Made by a program: the position numbers and the translations under genes | In this document: positions 17,656 through 27,206 of the stretch, piece by piece | How positions within the stretch are numbered: the first letter of the stretch is position 1 | How the letters are laid out: each line of letters begins with the position of its first letter | Virus record (IMG/VR): IMGVR_UViG_3300046559_001153 | Location: 124,001-188,000 of that record | Reading direction: 5' to 3' (one strand) | Length of the DNA: 64,000 nucleotides | The notes under the pieces: model-generated | What the model saw: only the letters and a program-made list of their open reading frames with translations | What the model was told of the DNA's origin: nothing | The model's database searches: none

Positions 17656-18066
17656 ATGCTCGAAGCTGTGTGGGAGTTGATCAAGTTTGTGGCACAACCG
17701 ACCTGGCGGTTGATCAAGTTTGTGGAACGGACAGCCTGGTGGTTGCTCTGTTATCCGTACAACTTGTGTTTGTGGGAATGGGGCTACACGTACCCCCCGA
17801 TGCCGAACACCAATCCGAGCCACCCGGACTACAAGAGGTTGCACGGGGAACAGGCCGCTGCCCCGGTAGTCGCGGTCGGTATTGCTCATTTGGCGCCAGA
17901 CACAACTCCTGATCGTGATGAGCCTGACGACGCTGACTTTGGTGACTACGCGGACGCTGATACGCATCTGGCAACAGCTGATTTGCGCCCGTCCAGTTCG
18001 TCAGCTGATGCGATCTCGATCACAAAGTGCCCGCCGTTGGTGCCACGTACTCCGCAGTTTACATGA
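17656..18066 (+). CDS. Hypothetical protein, possibly membrane-associated at the N-terminus
   Basis: AAAGGA RBS before ATG 17656. Confidence 0.55.
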   Translation: MLEAVWELIKFVAQPTWRLIKFVERTAWWLLCYPYNLCLWEWGYTYPPMPNTNPSHPDYKRLHGEQAAAPVVAVGIAHLAPDTTPDRDEPDDADFGDYADADTHLATADLRPSSSSADAISITKCPPLVPRTPQFT

Positions 18067-18097
18067 CCATTTCTCTGTTTGATTCAAGGAGGGTGTT

Positions 18098-18391
18098 ATG
18101 GCGTTGACTAAGGCATTGTCGCCGAAAGAACTGGCCAACAGTGACGCACCTATCTCTGATCACCTGGTCAGGGGTGTGAAACTGAGGCATCACAGGCAGC
18201 GGGGAGGGTGGCCAGGTGGCGAAGTCGTACTCGCTGTTACGGACGAGACCGTCACACTTGCCCCGTACCGGACGAATGCATCAGTCATGGAGGGCATGCA
18301 GATTGATTACGGACTGGCTGTCGTGGTCCAACGACGCGGCTTGATCTACTACGACCGCATTGTCTCCGACACGAACGAAGAGGTTCCCTGA
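18098..18391 (+). CDS. Hypothetical protein
   Basis: 97 aa with an AAGGAGG RBS. Confidence 0.7.
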   Translation: MALTKALSPKELANSDAPISDHLVRGVKLRHHRQRGGWPGGEVVLAVTDETVTLAPYRTNASVMEGMQIDYGLAVVVQRRGLIYYDRIVSDTNEEVP

Positions 18392-18458
18392 GTCGTTGTT
18401 TGTCCGATCCATTCGGCGACGACTCATTTCTTGCTCCCGTTAGAAATGAGGTTGAGTT

Positions 18459-18854
18459 ATGCGAGGACAGTATCCGGAAATCACCGCGGCGTTGAACAAA
18501 TTCGCTATCCATCATCCCAAGGCCACGGCATCTGCCATCACGAAGGCTGTGGCGGCGAAGAGGCCCGAGTGGAAAAATCTGATCACTCAGTACATGGCGA
18601 ATAGCGCGAGAGCAGCCGGAAAGCGACACCACGAGCCGTCACGTTCGGCGTCGAACGGGCATTCCGACGGAAACGGCCACTCGAATGGAAACGGCCTCAC
18701 CAAGACCAAGGCGAAGGCCAAAACCTCGGCCAAGGCCACGGCTCCGGTCGATTTGGAGTATGTTCTGGAGCTGGCCCAGCTCCGACGCTCGTTCGGAGCT
18801 GAGCAGTTCGCTCAGGCAAACGAGGCCCTCGAGCAGTTGACAGCGATTCTCTAG
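18459..18854 (+). CDS. Basic hypothetical protein, possibly DNA-binding
   Basis: 131 aa; Lys/Ala-rich linker and SNGHSDGNGHSNGNG repeat. Confidence 0.65.
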   Translation: MRGQYPEITAALNKFAIHHPKATASAITKAVAAKRPEWKNLITQYMANSARAAGKRHHEPSRSASNGHSDGNGHSNGNGLTKTKAKAKTSAKATAPVDLEYVLELAQLRRSFGAEQFAQANEALEQLTAIL

Positions 18855-18969
18855 GCCGTCCGTAGCGGGAGGGGCCTGTCGACGCTGCGATGACGGTCTC
18901 ACGTCGACAGGTTTCCCGCACACGTTCTCACGTTTCTGTTTTCGTTTCCCCTACGAAAGGTACAAGATT

Positions 18970-19644
18970 ATGTTTACTCTGCTGATGGTGGCCGTTCTGG
19001 CCCAGACGCCTGATTCCCCTGATCCGATTTTCGAAGCGCAGAAGCGGGCCGGTCAAGACCAGCTCCGCGAAAAGCCCAAAGCCGTGTCGCCTGGCAACAA
19101 GATCGTCGAACGACAATACGATCTCTACGTGCCCACACACGACGCTGTCACTCGGTGCGTTAACTACGTCTCTGACGTGACCTTCCGCGAAAAGCTGCGG
19201 GATCTCGCCGATCTGCTGAACGGCAAAGCCAAATCGCCGCTGGGCGAGTTGGCCCCGACGTCGTGCTTGAGAGCGGCTACGTCCATTCATGAGTTTCTGA
19301 TTCATCAGAACTATGAGACTGCGGTCATCATGTTGATGAGCGTTCATGTTGATAGTCTGCGGGACACCAAGATCACGGTCGCTGTCGAACGCATCCTGCG
19401 ATCGACGGACAGCTCGGTCGTCAATCCGTACGGATGGTGGTACGGACGCAAGCTGTCGACAGAGTTGTACGCGACCGTCAGGCTTAATTCGATTGCCGCA
19501 TTGGAATCCAACGCGACTCTCAAAGAGCTGCATCGGTTGTATCCGAAAGCTAATGACGTCGATTCATTGCTGCGAATGATTGACGATAAGTACTCCGGCA
19601 AAGATAAGCCAGAAGAAGCCGTGTCGTCAAAAGAAGCTGCCTGA
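18970..19644 (+). CDS. Secreted/exported hypothetical protein
   Basis: Signal-peptide-like N-terminus MFTLLMVAVLAQ. Confidence 0.7.
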   Translation: MFTLLMVAVLAQTPDSPDPIFEAQKRAGQDQLREKPKAVSPGNKIVERQYDLYVPTHDAVTRCVNYVSDVTFREKLRDLADLLNGKAKSPLGELAPTSCLRAATSIHEFLIHQNYETAVIMLMSVHVDSLRDTKITVAVERILRSTDSSVVNPYGWWYGRKLSTELYATVRLNSIAALESNATLKELHRLYPKANDVDSLLRMIDDKYSGKDKPEEAVSSKEAA

Positions 19645-19655
19645 ACCGGGCGGCG

Positions 19656-19695
19656 AATGGGCTGGTGGACCGATTGCCACCAGCCCATTTTTATT
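19656..19695 (+). terminator. Rho-independent terminator
   Basis: AATGGGCTGGTGG/CCACCAGCCCATT 13-bp stem followed by a T tract. Confidence 0.85.
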
Positions 19696-19721
19696 TGTTA
19701 GTTTTTTATCTTAGTGAGTGA

Positions 19722-20477
19722 ATGCCCGCAAAATTGATCAATGAAGATGGTGGCCGTGAACGCAATCCGACCACCAAACGGAATCATGATAAAGCTTTCA
19801 AGATGCTGCTGCCCCGGTTACAGGCCGTTGTTCGTGACGGTGAGTGGAAAGTCCGACCAGTCGGACAACGGGATCGCAAAGGGACACCCGTCTTCCGTGT
19901 GATGGGTCTGGTTTCCGAGTATGGGGCGTCGAAAATTCGAGTGTGGTGCCGGCCGCACGCCGCCGACTCGGCCTGGGAATTCGATATCGTTCCGTCGAAG
20001 GGAGCGGATAAGTCCACAGAGACCCTGCAAAAGATCGTCGATCTGCTGAGGGCGAACGAGGAGGTCGGTACTAAGTACGAGGTTGACGCCGAAGTCGAGA
20101 AACCGCTGGTTGTACCGGTAAGTGAGGTTGTTGTGCCGCCCGTTGAAGTGGAAACAATCGAACCACCACGTCCGGCCGCCGCGGTAACTCAGACCAGCGC
20201 TCGAGATCTGAAGGCCATGCTCGGCCGGTTGCATCTGATCGTGGAAAAAGCCGAAAAGAGACAGGAGGAGATTGTCCGTGTTACCGGGCAAATCGACAAG
20301 CTTCAGCAACAACTGGTTGAGGTTCGCAAGGTATTCGAGAACCACTCGGCCCAGCTGGCAGCGTCAGAGGCCAAGTTGCAGACACAGTTAGTCTCCTTGA
20401 AGAAAGAAGACGCTGACGACCAGGCCCTGCTGCAGACAGCCCAGGTGCTCGGTCTGGCCGGCGAAATTTCTCTTTAG
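19722..20477 (+). CDS. Hypothetical protein with C-terminal coiled coil
   Basis: 251-aa ORF. Confidence 0.7.
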   Translation: MPAKLINEDGGRERNPTTKRNHDKAFKMLLPRLQAVVRDGEWKVRPVGQRDRKGTPVFRVMGLVSEYGASKIRVWCRPHAADSAWEFDIVPSKGADKSTETLQKIVDLLRANEEVGTKYEVDAEVEKPLVVPVSEVVVPPVEVETIEPPRPAAAVTQTSARDLKAMLGRLHLIVEKAEKRQEEIVRVTGQIDKLQQQLVEVRKVFENHSAQLAASEAKLQTQLVSLKKEDADDQALLQTAQVLGLAGEISL

Positions 20478-20673
20478 TTCGAAAGGAATCGATTGATGCT
20501 GATATCGAAGAAGAGCAAGAAGGGCGGGGCAGGCAAGAGTCTCAAATTGGCTCAGAAGATTTTTAACGACCGCGGGCGGAAGCCTGTGATGGCCGTATCT
20601 GCCATGTCCCTTCTCACTCAGTGGAGAAAAAGGGAATAAGCAGACAGACAATACAAGCGAATGGGTTGTTTGG

Positions 20674-20711
20674 GAAGGGGCCGGCTCAATGTGAGCCGGA
20701 CCCCTTCTTTT
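20674..20711 (+). terminator. Rho-independent terminator separating the accessory and virion regions
   Basis: GAAGGGG-CCGGCTCA / TGAGCCGG-A-CCCCTTC stem followed by TTTT. Confidence 0.8.
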
Positions 20712-20728
20712 AGCTATCAGCTTGTCGG

Positions 20729-20757
20729 TTGCGTGATTTGCCCAATTTGGCGATAAT
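20729..20757 (+). promoter_or_regulatory. Sigma70-like promoter TTGCGT-N17-GATAAT
   Basis: Spacing read directly; lies 43 nt upstream of ATG 20800. Confidence 0.45.
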
Positions 20758-20799
20758 TCAATCGGATCCCTCGCAAGGTCTCAAGACAAGGATGTCGTC

Positions 20800-22620
20800 A
20801 TGCCGATGGAGTCACAGGCACAACGTGCCTACTTGCATATTCACCACCCGCAGATTGCGGCTGAATTTGAAGCGGCCACCCCCAAGGGGAAGAAGCTGCC
20901 CAAGCACGTGAAGAAGAAAGCCGACGAGTCTCCGTCCGCCGTTCATCTGCAGCAGTTCATGCCAACGCAGCATAGACGGGCTTTGACTGAGAACGAATTG
21001 TTAGATGTGCATCGCGGCCAAAAACAATGGCTCCCGTCGATCTTTCAGTCTTACGGGACTCCCCTGCCTTCGATGCTGGCTTCGCCGTGGCGACAAGGTC
21101 TGCTGGCCGGACTGGCCGGGGCTGGTGTTGGCGGACTGGCCGGTGCGTCAATCGGGGCCGGACGCGACGGATCGCCTATTGGGGCTGGCGTAGGCGCCGC
21201 ATTGGGGGCTCTGGGCCTTGGCGGGACCGCCGGGCTGGTGACTGGTTTGAGCCGATCAGCCAAGAACGAGGGCATCATCGAAATGATGAAACGTCTGCCC
21301 GAGAACGCGGTCAAGCGAGATCTGCTGTCTGACCCGGCGTACCAGGCGGACATTAAGCGAGAGAATGACGCTGACAGCATGAATCAGTTCATGTCCGTGA
21401 TGTCGCCGCACAGCATGATGGACTTGGGGCATCCGTCCAATCTGACGATGGGCAAATGGTCCTTTGAAGAAATCGGGCAGAAAGCGGCTCTCTACGGGCC
21501 GAAAGGCTGTCCGGTTCCCGGTTGCACTGAAGGCAATCCCTGCCCCAGTTGCCTGGAGCAGGAAGTAGAAGAGAAGCAATCGGCCAGCAACGATTTAATG
21601 GCTACCGTTTCGTCGCTTATGAAGGAACGCGGCCCGCTGTTTGGTGGAGCCGGCATGGCTTTGGGTGGTCTGGTGGGGGCTGCGGGGGCATCGCCGGGGC
21701 GAGGCGGTGTAGAGACAATACGTGGTGCTGCCCACGGCGGTTTGATGGGGCTTGGGACCGTGGCCGGGGCGGCAGCTGGGGGCAATATCGGTGCTGTGTA
21801 TTCGATTGGAAACAAAGCCCTGCATCCTATTGCCGGTGAGGATTACACTGGACTGGGAACGATGGCCGGGGCAGGACTTGGTGCTTTATTGGCACATCAC
21901 GCTGCCAATGAACTTACAGGACCAATGTTCGAGCCGCACGAAGAAAAGAAAGAGGCCCATGTCCTGACCGAGGGTGAACGGGCCAGTATGCCCAAGTCGG
22001 AGTTCGCTCATCCGCAGCACGCCAAGACCAAGAAACAAAAAGAGGAACCAGGCGGTTACCCGGTGCCGGACAAACAGCATGCTCGATCGGCTTTGGGCTT
22101 TGCGGCCATGCATCATGGAAAAGACTCAGCCATCTACCGACAGGTCAAAGCCAAGGTAGAAGCCAAATTCGGCAAGAAGTCGAATGCGTTCGTCACGTCA
22201 CAGCCGCTGGCTCCCGCCGCCATGCACAATCCATTCGCGGGTGCCACGGCTGCTCCTCCGGCGATGTCCCACCCCGGGCCTGGTCTAGGGTCCGATCCAT
22301 TTCACGTCCTGGGCGGCATGGCAGCTCAGCACGGGATCGGGGCACATGAGTTCACGAACAACATGGCCGCCGGTGACCCGTTCGGTGTGCACGGTGTGCC
22401 TGTCGGTGGCAAGAACCCATTTGCTGCTCCCTCACCAGCGGCAGCCAGGTGGTTGAGCACGGTAAATCCGTTCGCCCCCGCTCCGCCGCAGGCGGCCAAT
22501 TCGGGTTGGGGCAAACACATTGCCGATCACGGATGGAAGTACGGATTGGGTGCAGCGGCCGCGGGTGCTTTGCTGTATCATCTGGCGAACCGGAAGAAAG
22601 AACAGCCGCAGTACGTCTGA
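20800..22620 (+). CDS. Modular putative virion/internal protein with glycine-zipper segments and a DUF6582-like module
   Basis: N-terminal MPMESQAQRAYL..HP.IA.EF...TPKGKKLP module, GxxxG zippers, and LTEGERASMPKSEFAHP...YPVPDKQHARSAL. Confidence 0.75.
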   Translation: MPMESQAQRAYLHIHHPQIAAEFEAATPKGKKLPKHVKKKADESPSAVHLQQFMPTQHRRALTENELLDVHRGQKQWLPSIFQSYGTPLPSMLASPWRQGLLAGLAGAGVGGLAGASIGAGRDGSPIGAGVGAALGALGLGGTAGLVTGLSRSAKNEGIIEMMKRLPENAVKRDLLSDPAYQADIKRENDADSMNQFMSVMSPHSMMDLGHPSNLTMGKWSFEEIGQKAALYGPKGCPVPGCTEGNPCPSCLEQEVEEKQSASNDLMATVSSLMKERGPLFGGAGMALGGLVGAAGASPGRGGVETIRGAAHGGLMGLGTVAGAAAGGNIGAVYSIGNKALHPIAGEDYTGLGTMAGAGLGALLAHHAANELTGPMFEPHEEKKEAHVLTEGERASMPKSEFAHPQHAKTKKQKEEPGGYPVPDKQHARSALGFAAMHHGKDSAIYRQVKAKVEAKFGKKSNAFVTSQPLAPAAMHNPFAGATAAPPAMSHPGPGLGSDPFHVLGGMAAQHGIGAHEFTNNMAAGDPFGVHGVPVGGKNPFAAPSPAAARWLSTVNPFAPAPPQAANSGWGKHIADHGWKYGLGAAAAGALLYHLANRKKEQPQYV

Positions 22621-22638
22621 TAACTTTTCGAAAAGTTA
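22621..22638. promoter_or_regulatory. Palindromic motif, copy 2
   Basis: TAACTTTTCGAAAAGTTA (perfect palindrome), 12 nt before ATG 22651. Confidence 0.8.
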
Positions 22639-22650
22639 CGAGAGGGTAAA

Positions 22651-24291
22651 ATGACATTGATCGAGAAAGCAGCTCTGTGGGCCAACGCTGGCGTTAACGC
22701 GGCTCCTCATAGCTCATTTCACGGCTCTCCCGGCGGTTACGGCATGGGGGCCTTGGCCGCTCATAGCCCCGCGTACAAGCCGCCCATCGTGTCACCAACG
22801 CCCGGCATCCCGGCGACGTCGGCCGGTGTGGCCCAGGTTGCTCAACAGCAGGCCGCCCAGCACGGCATCGCTCCGCCGAAGATGGCCCATTGTGAGGGCG
22901 GCGCCATGTCGACCGAACCAGTCAAACCGCCGAAGATCAAGCCCTTCCGTTTGCAGGGGCAGGAAGCCTGGGACTCGCTCAAGAAGTCTGAGGCGTGGCT
23001 CAGCCTGACGCCGTTCGCTCAGGGGTTCTTCTCGAGATGTTTTGAGGACGGGCTACCGACCAGCCAGATCCAAGCTGGTATCCGAAAATCGGCAAACATT
23101 GATCCGGACATCTACGCCGAGCTTCAACAGGGATTCGAGAAGCTGGCATGGCCGGGGCCTGGCCTGCCCTCGAATGTCACAGCTGCGATTGGCCGCATGG
23201 GCGGTGTCGGTCGAGCAGTGCCCCAGTTGGCGAGCAGAGCAGTCCCTGGCGGTGTTCAAGCCCTGGGTGCTCTCCCGTTGAGTTCGACGCCGAGATCGCT
23301 CCCTATGGCAGCAGCGGCTTCAGCTAAGGTTCCGTTGTTGAATGCTGGTCCCAGCTTTGGCGGCCATGTGCCGCTGACCCCTAGCCCCGGTGTTCAGGCG
23401 TTAGGGGCAATGCCGTCGACCGGTTCTATTCCGTCAATGGCTCCGGCGGCGTCGGCCGCCGCGGCTACAGCTCCGGCTGTTGCCCCGTCAATGTGGTCTC
23501 GCGGCATGGGCATGGGCCGAACAGCGGTCAACACAGGAGCTCGTATGGGCGTTGGTGCGGGCCTCGGAGCCGGATTAGGGGCTGGTGCCCAGTTTGGCTA
23601 TCAGCATCAACAGGGCGACGCCTCAGGCGGTTGGGCAGCTCCCGCAGCGGGTGCTTTGGCTGGAGCCGCGTTGGGAGCCCGTGGCGGAGCCGGGTTCAAC
23701 ATGCTCAATAGCCGACTTGGCCGCGGTATTAGTGCCGCGGGGGCAGCGACGGTTCCGTTTACCGCAGGGGTGACGTTGGCCGGAAATAAGGCCCAGAGCG
23801 ACCTCAGCGGTATGTTGACAACGGCGGCACAAAAACACGGCGTGCAGCCCCAGTCGCTTTTGGCGATGGTGCAAGACCCGGCGAATTTTCAAAAACTGCC
23901 GCAGTCGGAACAGCAGGCCTTCATGAATTCGATGCAGCAGCACATCCCCCAGATGAACCCGATGCACGGTCTCAACGAAATGATGAACGGGATCCCCGGG
24001 CTGGGCCAATGGGACATGTGGAAGAACATGCATCCAGGCGGAAAGCTGATGGCTCTGGCCGGTCTGCTGACAGCTGGCGGCGGAATGATGGGTGGAAGCC
24101 CAGGCATGGCGGGGGCTGGTGGTCTGGCCATGTTGGCACCGTTCTTGTTTCACCACTTTATGAATGGCGGTGGGGGTGGAGCACCGGAAGGCGGAGCAGA
24201 AGCTCCTCCGGCAGCTCCAGGAGCCCAACCAGGTGCATGGGCGGCTGGCGGTGGTCCGGCCCCGCAGTTCCCACAACCGACAGGATTCTAA
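22651..24291 (+). CDS. Gly/Ala/Pro-rich putative virion internal protein with glycine zippers
   Basis: 546 aa; GVGAGLGAGLGAG and related segments; KxA motifs. Confidence 0.75.
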   Translation: MTLIEKAALWANAGVNAAPHSSFHGSPGGYGMGALAAHSPAYKPPIVSPTPGIPATSAGVAQVAQQQAAQHGIAPPKMAHCEGGAMSTEPVKPPKIKPFRLQGQEAWDSLKKSEAWLSLTPFAQGFFSRCFEDGLPTSQIQAGIRKSANIDPDIYAELQQGFEKLAWPGPGLPSNVTAAIGRMGGVGRAVPQLASRAVPGGVQALGALPLSSTPRSLPMAAAASAKVPLLNAGPSFGGHVPLTPSPGVQALGAMPSTGSIPSMAPAASAAAATAPAVAPSMWSRGMGMGRTAVNTGARMGVGAGLGAGLGAGAQFGYQHQQGDASGGWAAPAAGALAGAALGARGGAGFNMLNSRLGRGISAAGAATVPFTAGVTLAGNKAQSDLSGMLTTAAQKHGVQPQSLLAMVQDPANFQKLPQSEQQAFMNSMQQHIPQMNPMHGLNEMMNGIPGLGQWDMWKNMHPGGKLMALAGLLTAGGGMMGGSPGMAGAGGLAMLAPFLFHHFMNGGGGGAPEGGAEAPPAAPGAQPGAWAAGGGPAPQFPQPTGF

Positions 24292-24587
24292 TGAAACATG
24301 GGCGAGGGGCATCATCCACGAGGGTCTTAGCTGCTCATCGGGGCTAAACGCCGTGACGGAAGATGCTGAGATACGATTGTGAGCGTATCTGGACCAGCTG
24401 GAAAAACTCTCGATACTGGTCCCGAGCAGTTGTGGCAGGCTGACTGAGTAACGGGTTTCGATCCAGACCTTTCGCCCGTGGTCAGTTTTGTGTAACGATC
24501 CGCTATCGTGCAACTGCTCTGCCCGCTGTATACTTCGATGAAATGATCCATTGGCATGGATGCCAGGTTCTTTTGAAAGGCCGATCC

Positions 24588-25022
24588 ATGTTCGACGACA
24601 CTGACGAGGTTCTTGGTGCTGGAGCCCGGGAAGGCGAACAACCGCCCCCGTGGCTGTTGTCGTTGGTCGGGGCTGTTCGTGAACGATTAACCCGATCAAT
24701 CTGCGAGTATTCCCCAGTAGAGCAAATCCGTTACTACTGGTGTGATGCCCCGGAAGTTGCCGGTCAGGACGACGGCACGCAGATCAATTTTTATCCAGCT
24801 ATTCACCCTGACTCGCTACAAGACGAGCAGGGTTTTTTGATTGATGTGGTTGGCTTGCTCACGACGTTAGACAAGACGCACGCTGTTGATTGGGTGCACC
24901 GGTACTGCCCAGTTCATGCAGCGAGTTCTTGTTTTTTGCGGATCGCCGGCGTCTACAATTCAAATCGAGTCGAATTGTGCCTGGCTGGTTTGGCCACAAC
25001 TCTCATCGAGGGTAATCTGTGA
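24588..25022 (+). CDS. Hypothetical protein
   Basis: GAAAGG RBS before ATG 24588; GTGA-coupled to the downstream GT. Confidence 0.6.
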   Translation: MFDDTDEVLGAGAREGEQPPPWLLSLVGAVRERLTRSICEYSPVEQIRYYWCDAPEVAGQDDGTQINFYPAIHPDSLQDEQGFLIDVVGLLTTLDKTHAVDWVHRYCPVHAASSCFLRIAGVYNSNRVELCLAGLATTLIEGNL

Positions 25023-25708
25023 AAGCAAAACCTCTCGTAACGGCTGTGATGATCACCGGTAAAGACCCGGCTCGCCAGCGGCTGGCTGAGATCGCCGTCG
25101 ATTCGGTGCTCCAACAGACTTACACCAATCTCGAATTGATCGTCATCAACGACGGCGATTATACGATAACCAGGCCAGCCGACCACCGATTGAGAGAGGT
25201 CCGCGTCCCCAAAGGGAAGGTGCTGGGTGAGCTCAGAAACATCGGATTGGACGTGGCCAAGGGCCAGTTCATTACGCAGACCGATGACGATGACTGGTAC
25301 CACCCGGAGCGGATCGAGCGGCAGATGGCATTCGCCGTGAAAGACGCCTGCGTGTTGCTCGAGTATCAGATCCGTTACTCGTTTGTGTCCAATTGCTCTT
25401 TTCGATACGGCTGTAAAGAGGGCATTGCTGGATCTATTCTTCATCCGCGGGGCGCCGGCCGATACCCGCCCAAGGCCAAAGCTGAGGATTCAGATTTTTG
25501 GCTACGCAACTGGGGCCCGAAACGCATCCTAATTCGAAACAAGACTGAAGCTGGTCTTTACGTGCGGATGTGCCACGGTTTTAATACCTGGAACGCCCGG
25601 CACATTATGAAACACCTTGATGGGAAGCAGGGTGTCTGGGAATTGGACCCGGCGGAGCAAGGATTGCTGCTCGGTGTTCTGGAAAAGTACAAAGTGAAAA
25701 ATGACTGA
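25019..25708 (+). CDS. Glycosyltransferase family 2
   Basis: SVLQQTYTNLELIVINDG, LGELRNIGLDVAKGQFITQTDDDDWYHPERIERQ. Confidence 0.9.
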   Translation: MKAKPLVTAVMITGKDPARQRLAEIAVDSVLQQTYTNLELIVINDGDYTITRPADHRLREVRVPKGKVLGELRNIGLDVAKGQFITQTDDDDWYHPERIERQMAFAVKDACVLLEYQIRYSFVSNCSFRYGCKEGIAGSILHPRGAGRYPPKAKAEDSDFWLRNWGPKRILIRNKTEAGLYVRMCHGFNTWNARHIMKHLDGKQGVWELDPAEQGLLLGVLEKYKVKND

Positions 25709-26018
25709 TGTCGATCGCAGAGAGTTTGTTCAGAAGGCTGTTGATTGTCTGAACACAGCGTTTCATTCGGATCCGGCAGCCATGCATGCGTTAATCGCTA
25801 ATCGAGTGCCGTGCAACGACAAGATGACCAATCATCCGCATATAATTTGCGATCCGATTCGCGTATTGCAGGATGAACGGAGTATGGTTGGCACGTTAGG
25901 CCTGTTGAACGGTGTCTTAGCTGCCATGGGCTTGCCTGCGGTTTGTTCTATCGTTCGTGACGATCCGCGTCAGACTTTGCAAGGATTTGATCTATACCGA
26001 CCGAAAGGTGCAGAATGA
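25701..26018 (+). CDS. Hypothetical phage protein
   Basis: 105 aa; RVPCN motif. Confidence 0.65.
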   Translation: MTDVDRREFVQKAVDCLNTAFHSDPAAMHALIANRVPCNDKMTNHPHIICDPIRVLQDERSMVGTLGLLNGVLAAMGLPAVCSIVRDDPRQTLQGFDLYRPKGAE

Positions 26019-27016
26019 AGAAGATCATTGTCACGGGGGCCGGTGGTTTCATCGGTCATCATCTTGTCAATGCCCTGGTAGCCCAGGGGCATGTTGTACT
26101 GGGCGTCGATATTAAGACGCCCGAGTTTTCGCCGTCTCAGGCCAGCCGATTCTACAAGCGAGACCTGCGTTCAGGCGTTGGTCTGGATGACTTGCTTGAT
26201 GAGTACGCGATCAACGAGGTTTACCACTTGGCTGCCGACATGGGCGGTATTGGCTTCATTACCGCGTCACTGGCGGATGTTGCCCGTAACAACACGCAAA
26301 TTCATTTGAAGGTTCTGGAGAGCGTTCGCCGATTTGGCGGATCCGACATTAAACTGTGCTTCTCCAGCACGGCGTGCGTTCTGGCACGATACAAGCAGAA
26401 CTTCACCGATTCCGTTCCGCTCACTGAAGATGATGACTTCCCGTACGACCCCGAGCCGGGCTACGGATTCGAGAAGCTCTACATGGAGCAGCTTCTTAAG
26501 TACTACCGAAAGGACTACGGGCTGGACTCGAGGATTGTCCGTTTTCATAACTGCTACGGGGCCGATGGTACCTGGCGTGGCGGTCGCGAGAAGGCGCCGG
26601 CCGCCGTCTGCCGCAAGATCGCCGAATTGCCGCCAGAGGGCGGTGAGGTGCAGGTTTGGGGCGACGGGTTATGTACCCGATCGTTTATGCACGTCGATGA
26701 CTGTGTCGAGGGCCTGATACGGATCATGGCGTCAGACTACGGAGACCCGCTCAATCTGGGGCGAGACGAGCTGATTAGCGTCGATGGCCTGTACGATCTG
26801 GTAGCTAGCATCGCCGGTAAGAAGATCACCAAATTTCACGATACCAGTAAGCCGGAAGGAGTTCGTGGGCGAAACGCCGATTGTACACGGCTCCAACAGA
26901 CGGTTGGCTGGGTGCCTGGGATCGATCTGCGTTCGGGGCTGGAACGGACGTACCCGTGGATTGCCGAGCAGGTAAAGAAGGCCAAGGTAGTCGAGGAGAT
27001 TGACCAGCATGGATGA
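26015..27016 (+). CDS. NAD-dependent epimerase, GDP-mannose 3,5-epimerase (GME)-like
   Basis: TGAGGFIGHH, HLAADMGGIGFI, YGFEK, GGREKAPAAVCRK, VWGDG..TRSF. Confidence 0.88.
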   Translation: MKKIIVTGAGGFIGHHLVNALVAQGHVVLGVDIKTPEFSPSQASRFYKRDLRSGVGLDDLLDEYAINEVYHLAADMGGIGFITASLADVARNNTQIHLKVLESVRRFGGSDIKLCFSSTACVLARYKQNFTDSVPLTEDDDFPYDPEPGYGFEKLYMEQLLKYYRKDYGLDSRIVRFHNCYGADGTWRGGREKAPAAVCRKIAELPPEGGEVQVWGDGLCTRSFMHVDDCVEGLIRIMASDYGDPLNLGRDELISVDGLYDLVASIAGKKITKFHDTSKPEGVRGRNADCTRLQQTVGWVPGIDLRSGLERTYPWIAEQVKKAKVVEEIDQHG

Positions 27017-27206
27017 CCTCTGGCGTTCTCGGGATTTTTGGTGTGAATTGAAAAAATTCGTTAAAGAGCAGGGGCTGTTTTCCATCAGACTAACTGAAAA
27101 ACAGGTAGATGGCATGCGTTACTGTTGCTATAACCCGGGCGACGGACCGGCCCCAGGTCTGAAGGCGTTTAACGCCCTCGGGTTGAACATCTTAGTTATC
27201 GATTGA
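27009..27206 (+). CDS. Small hypothetical protein
   Basis: GAGGAG RBS; coupled to its neighbours. Confidence 0.45.
   Translation: MDDLWRSRDFWCELKKFVKEQGLFSIRLTEKQVDGMRYCCYNPGDGPAPGLKAFNALGLNILVID

Noticed and set aside
24327-24551. Small minus-strand Cys-containing ORF in the gap after 24291
   Set aside because: It has no RBS, would be the only antisense gene, and has no recognisable motif.
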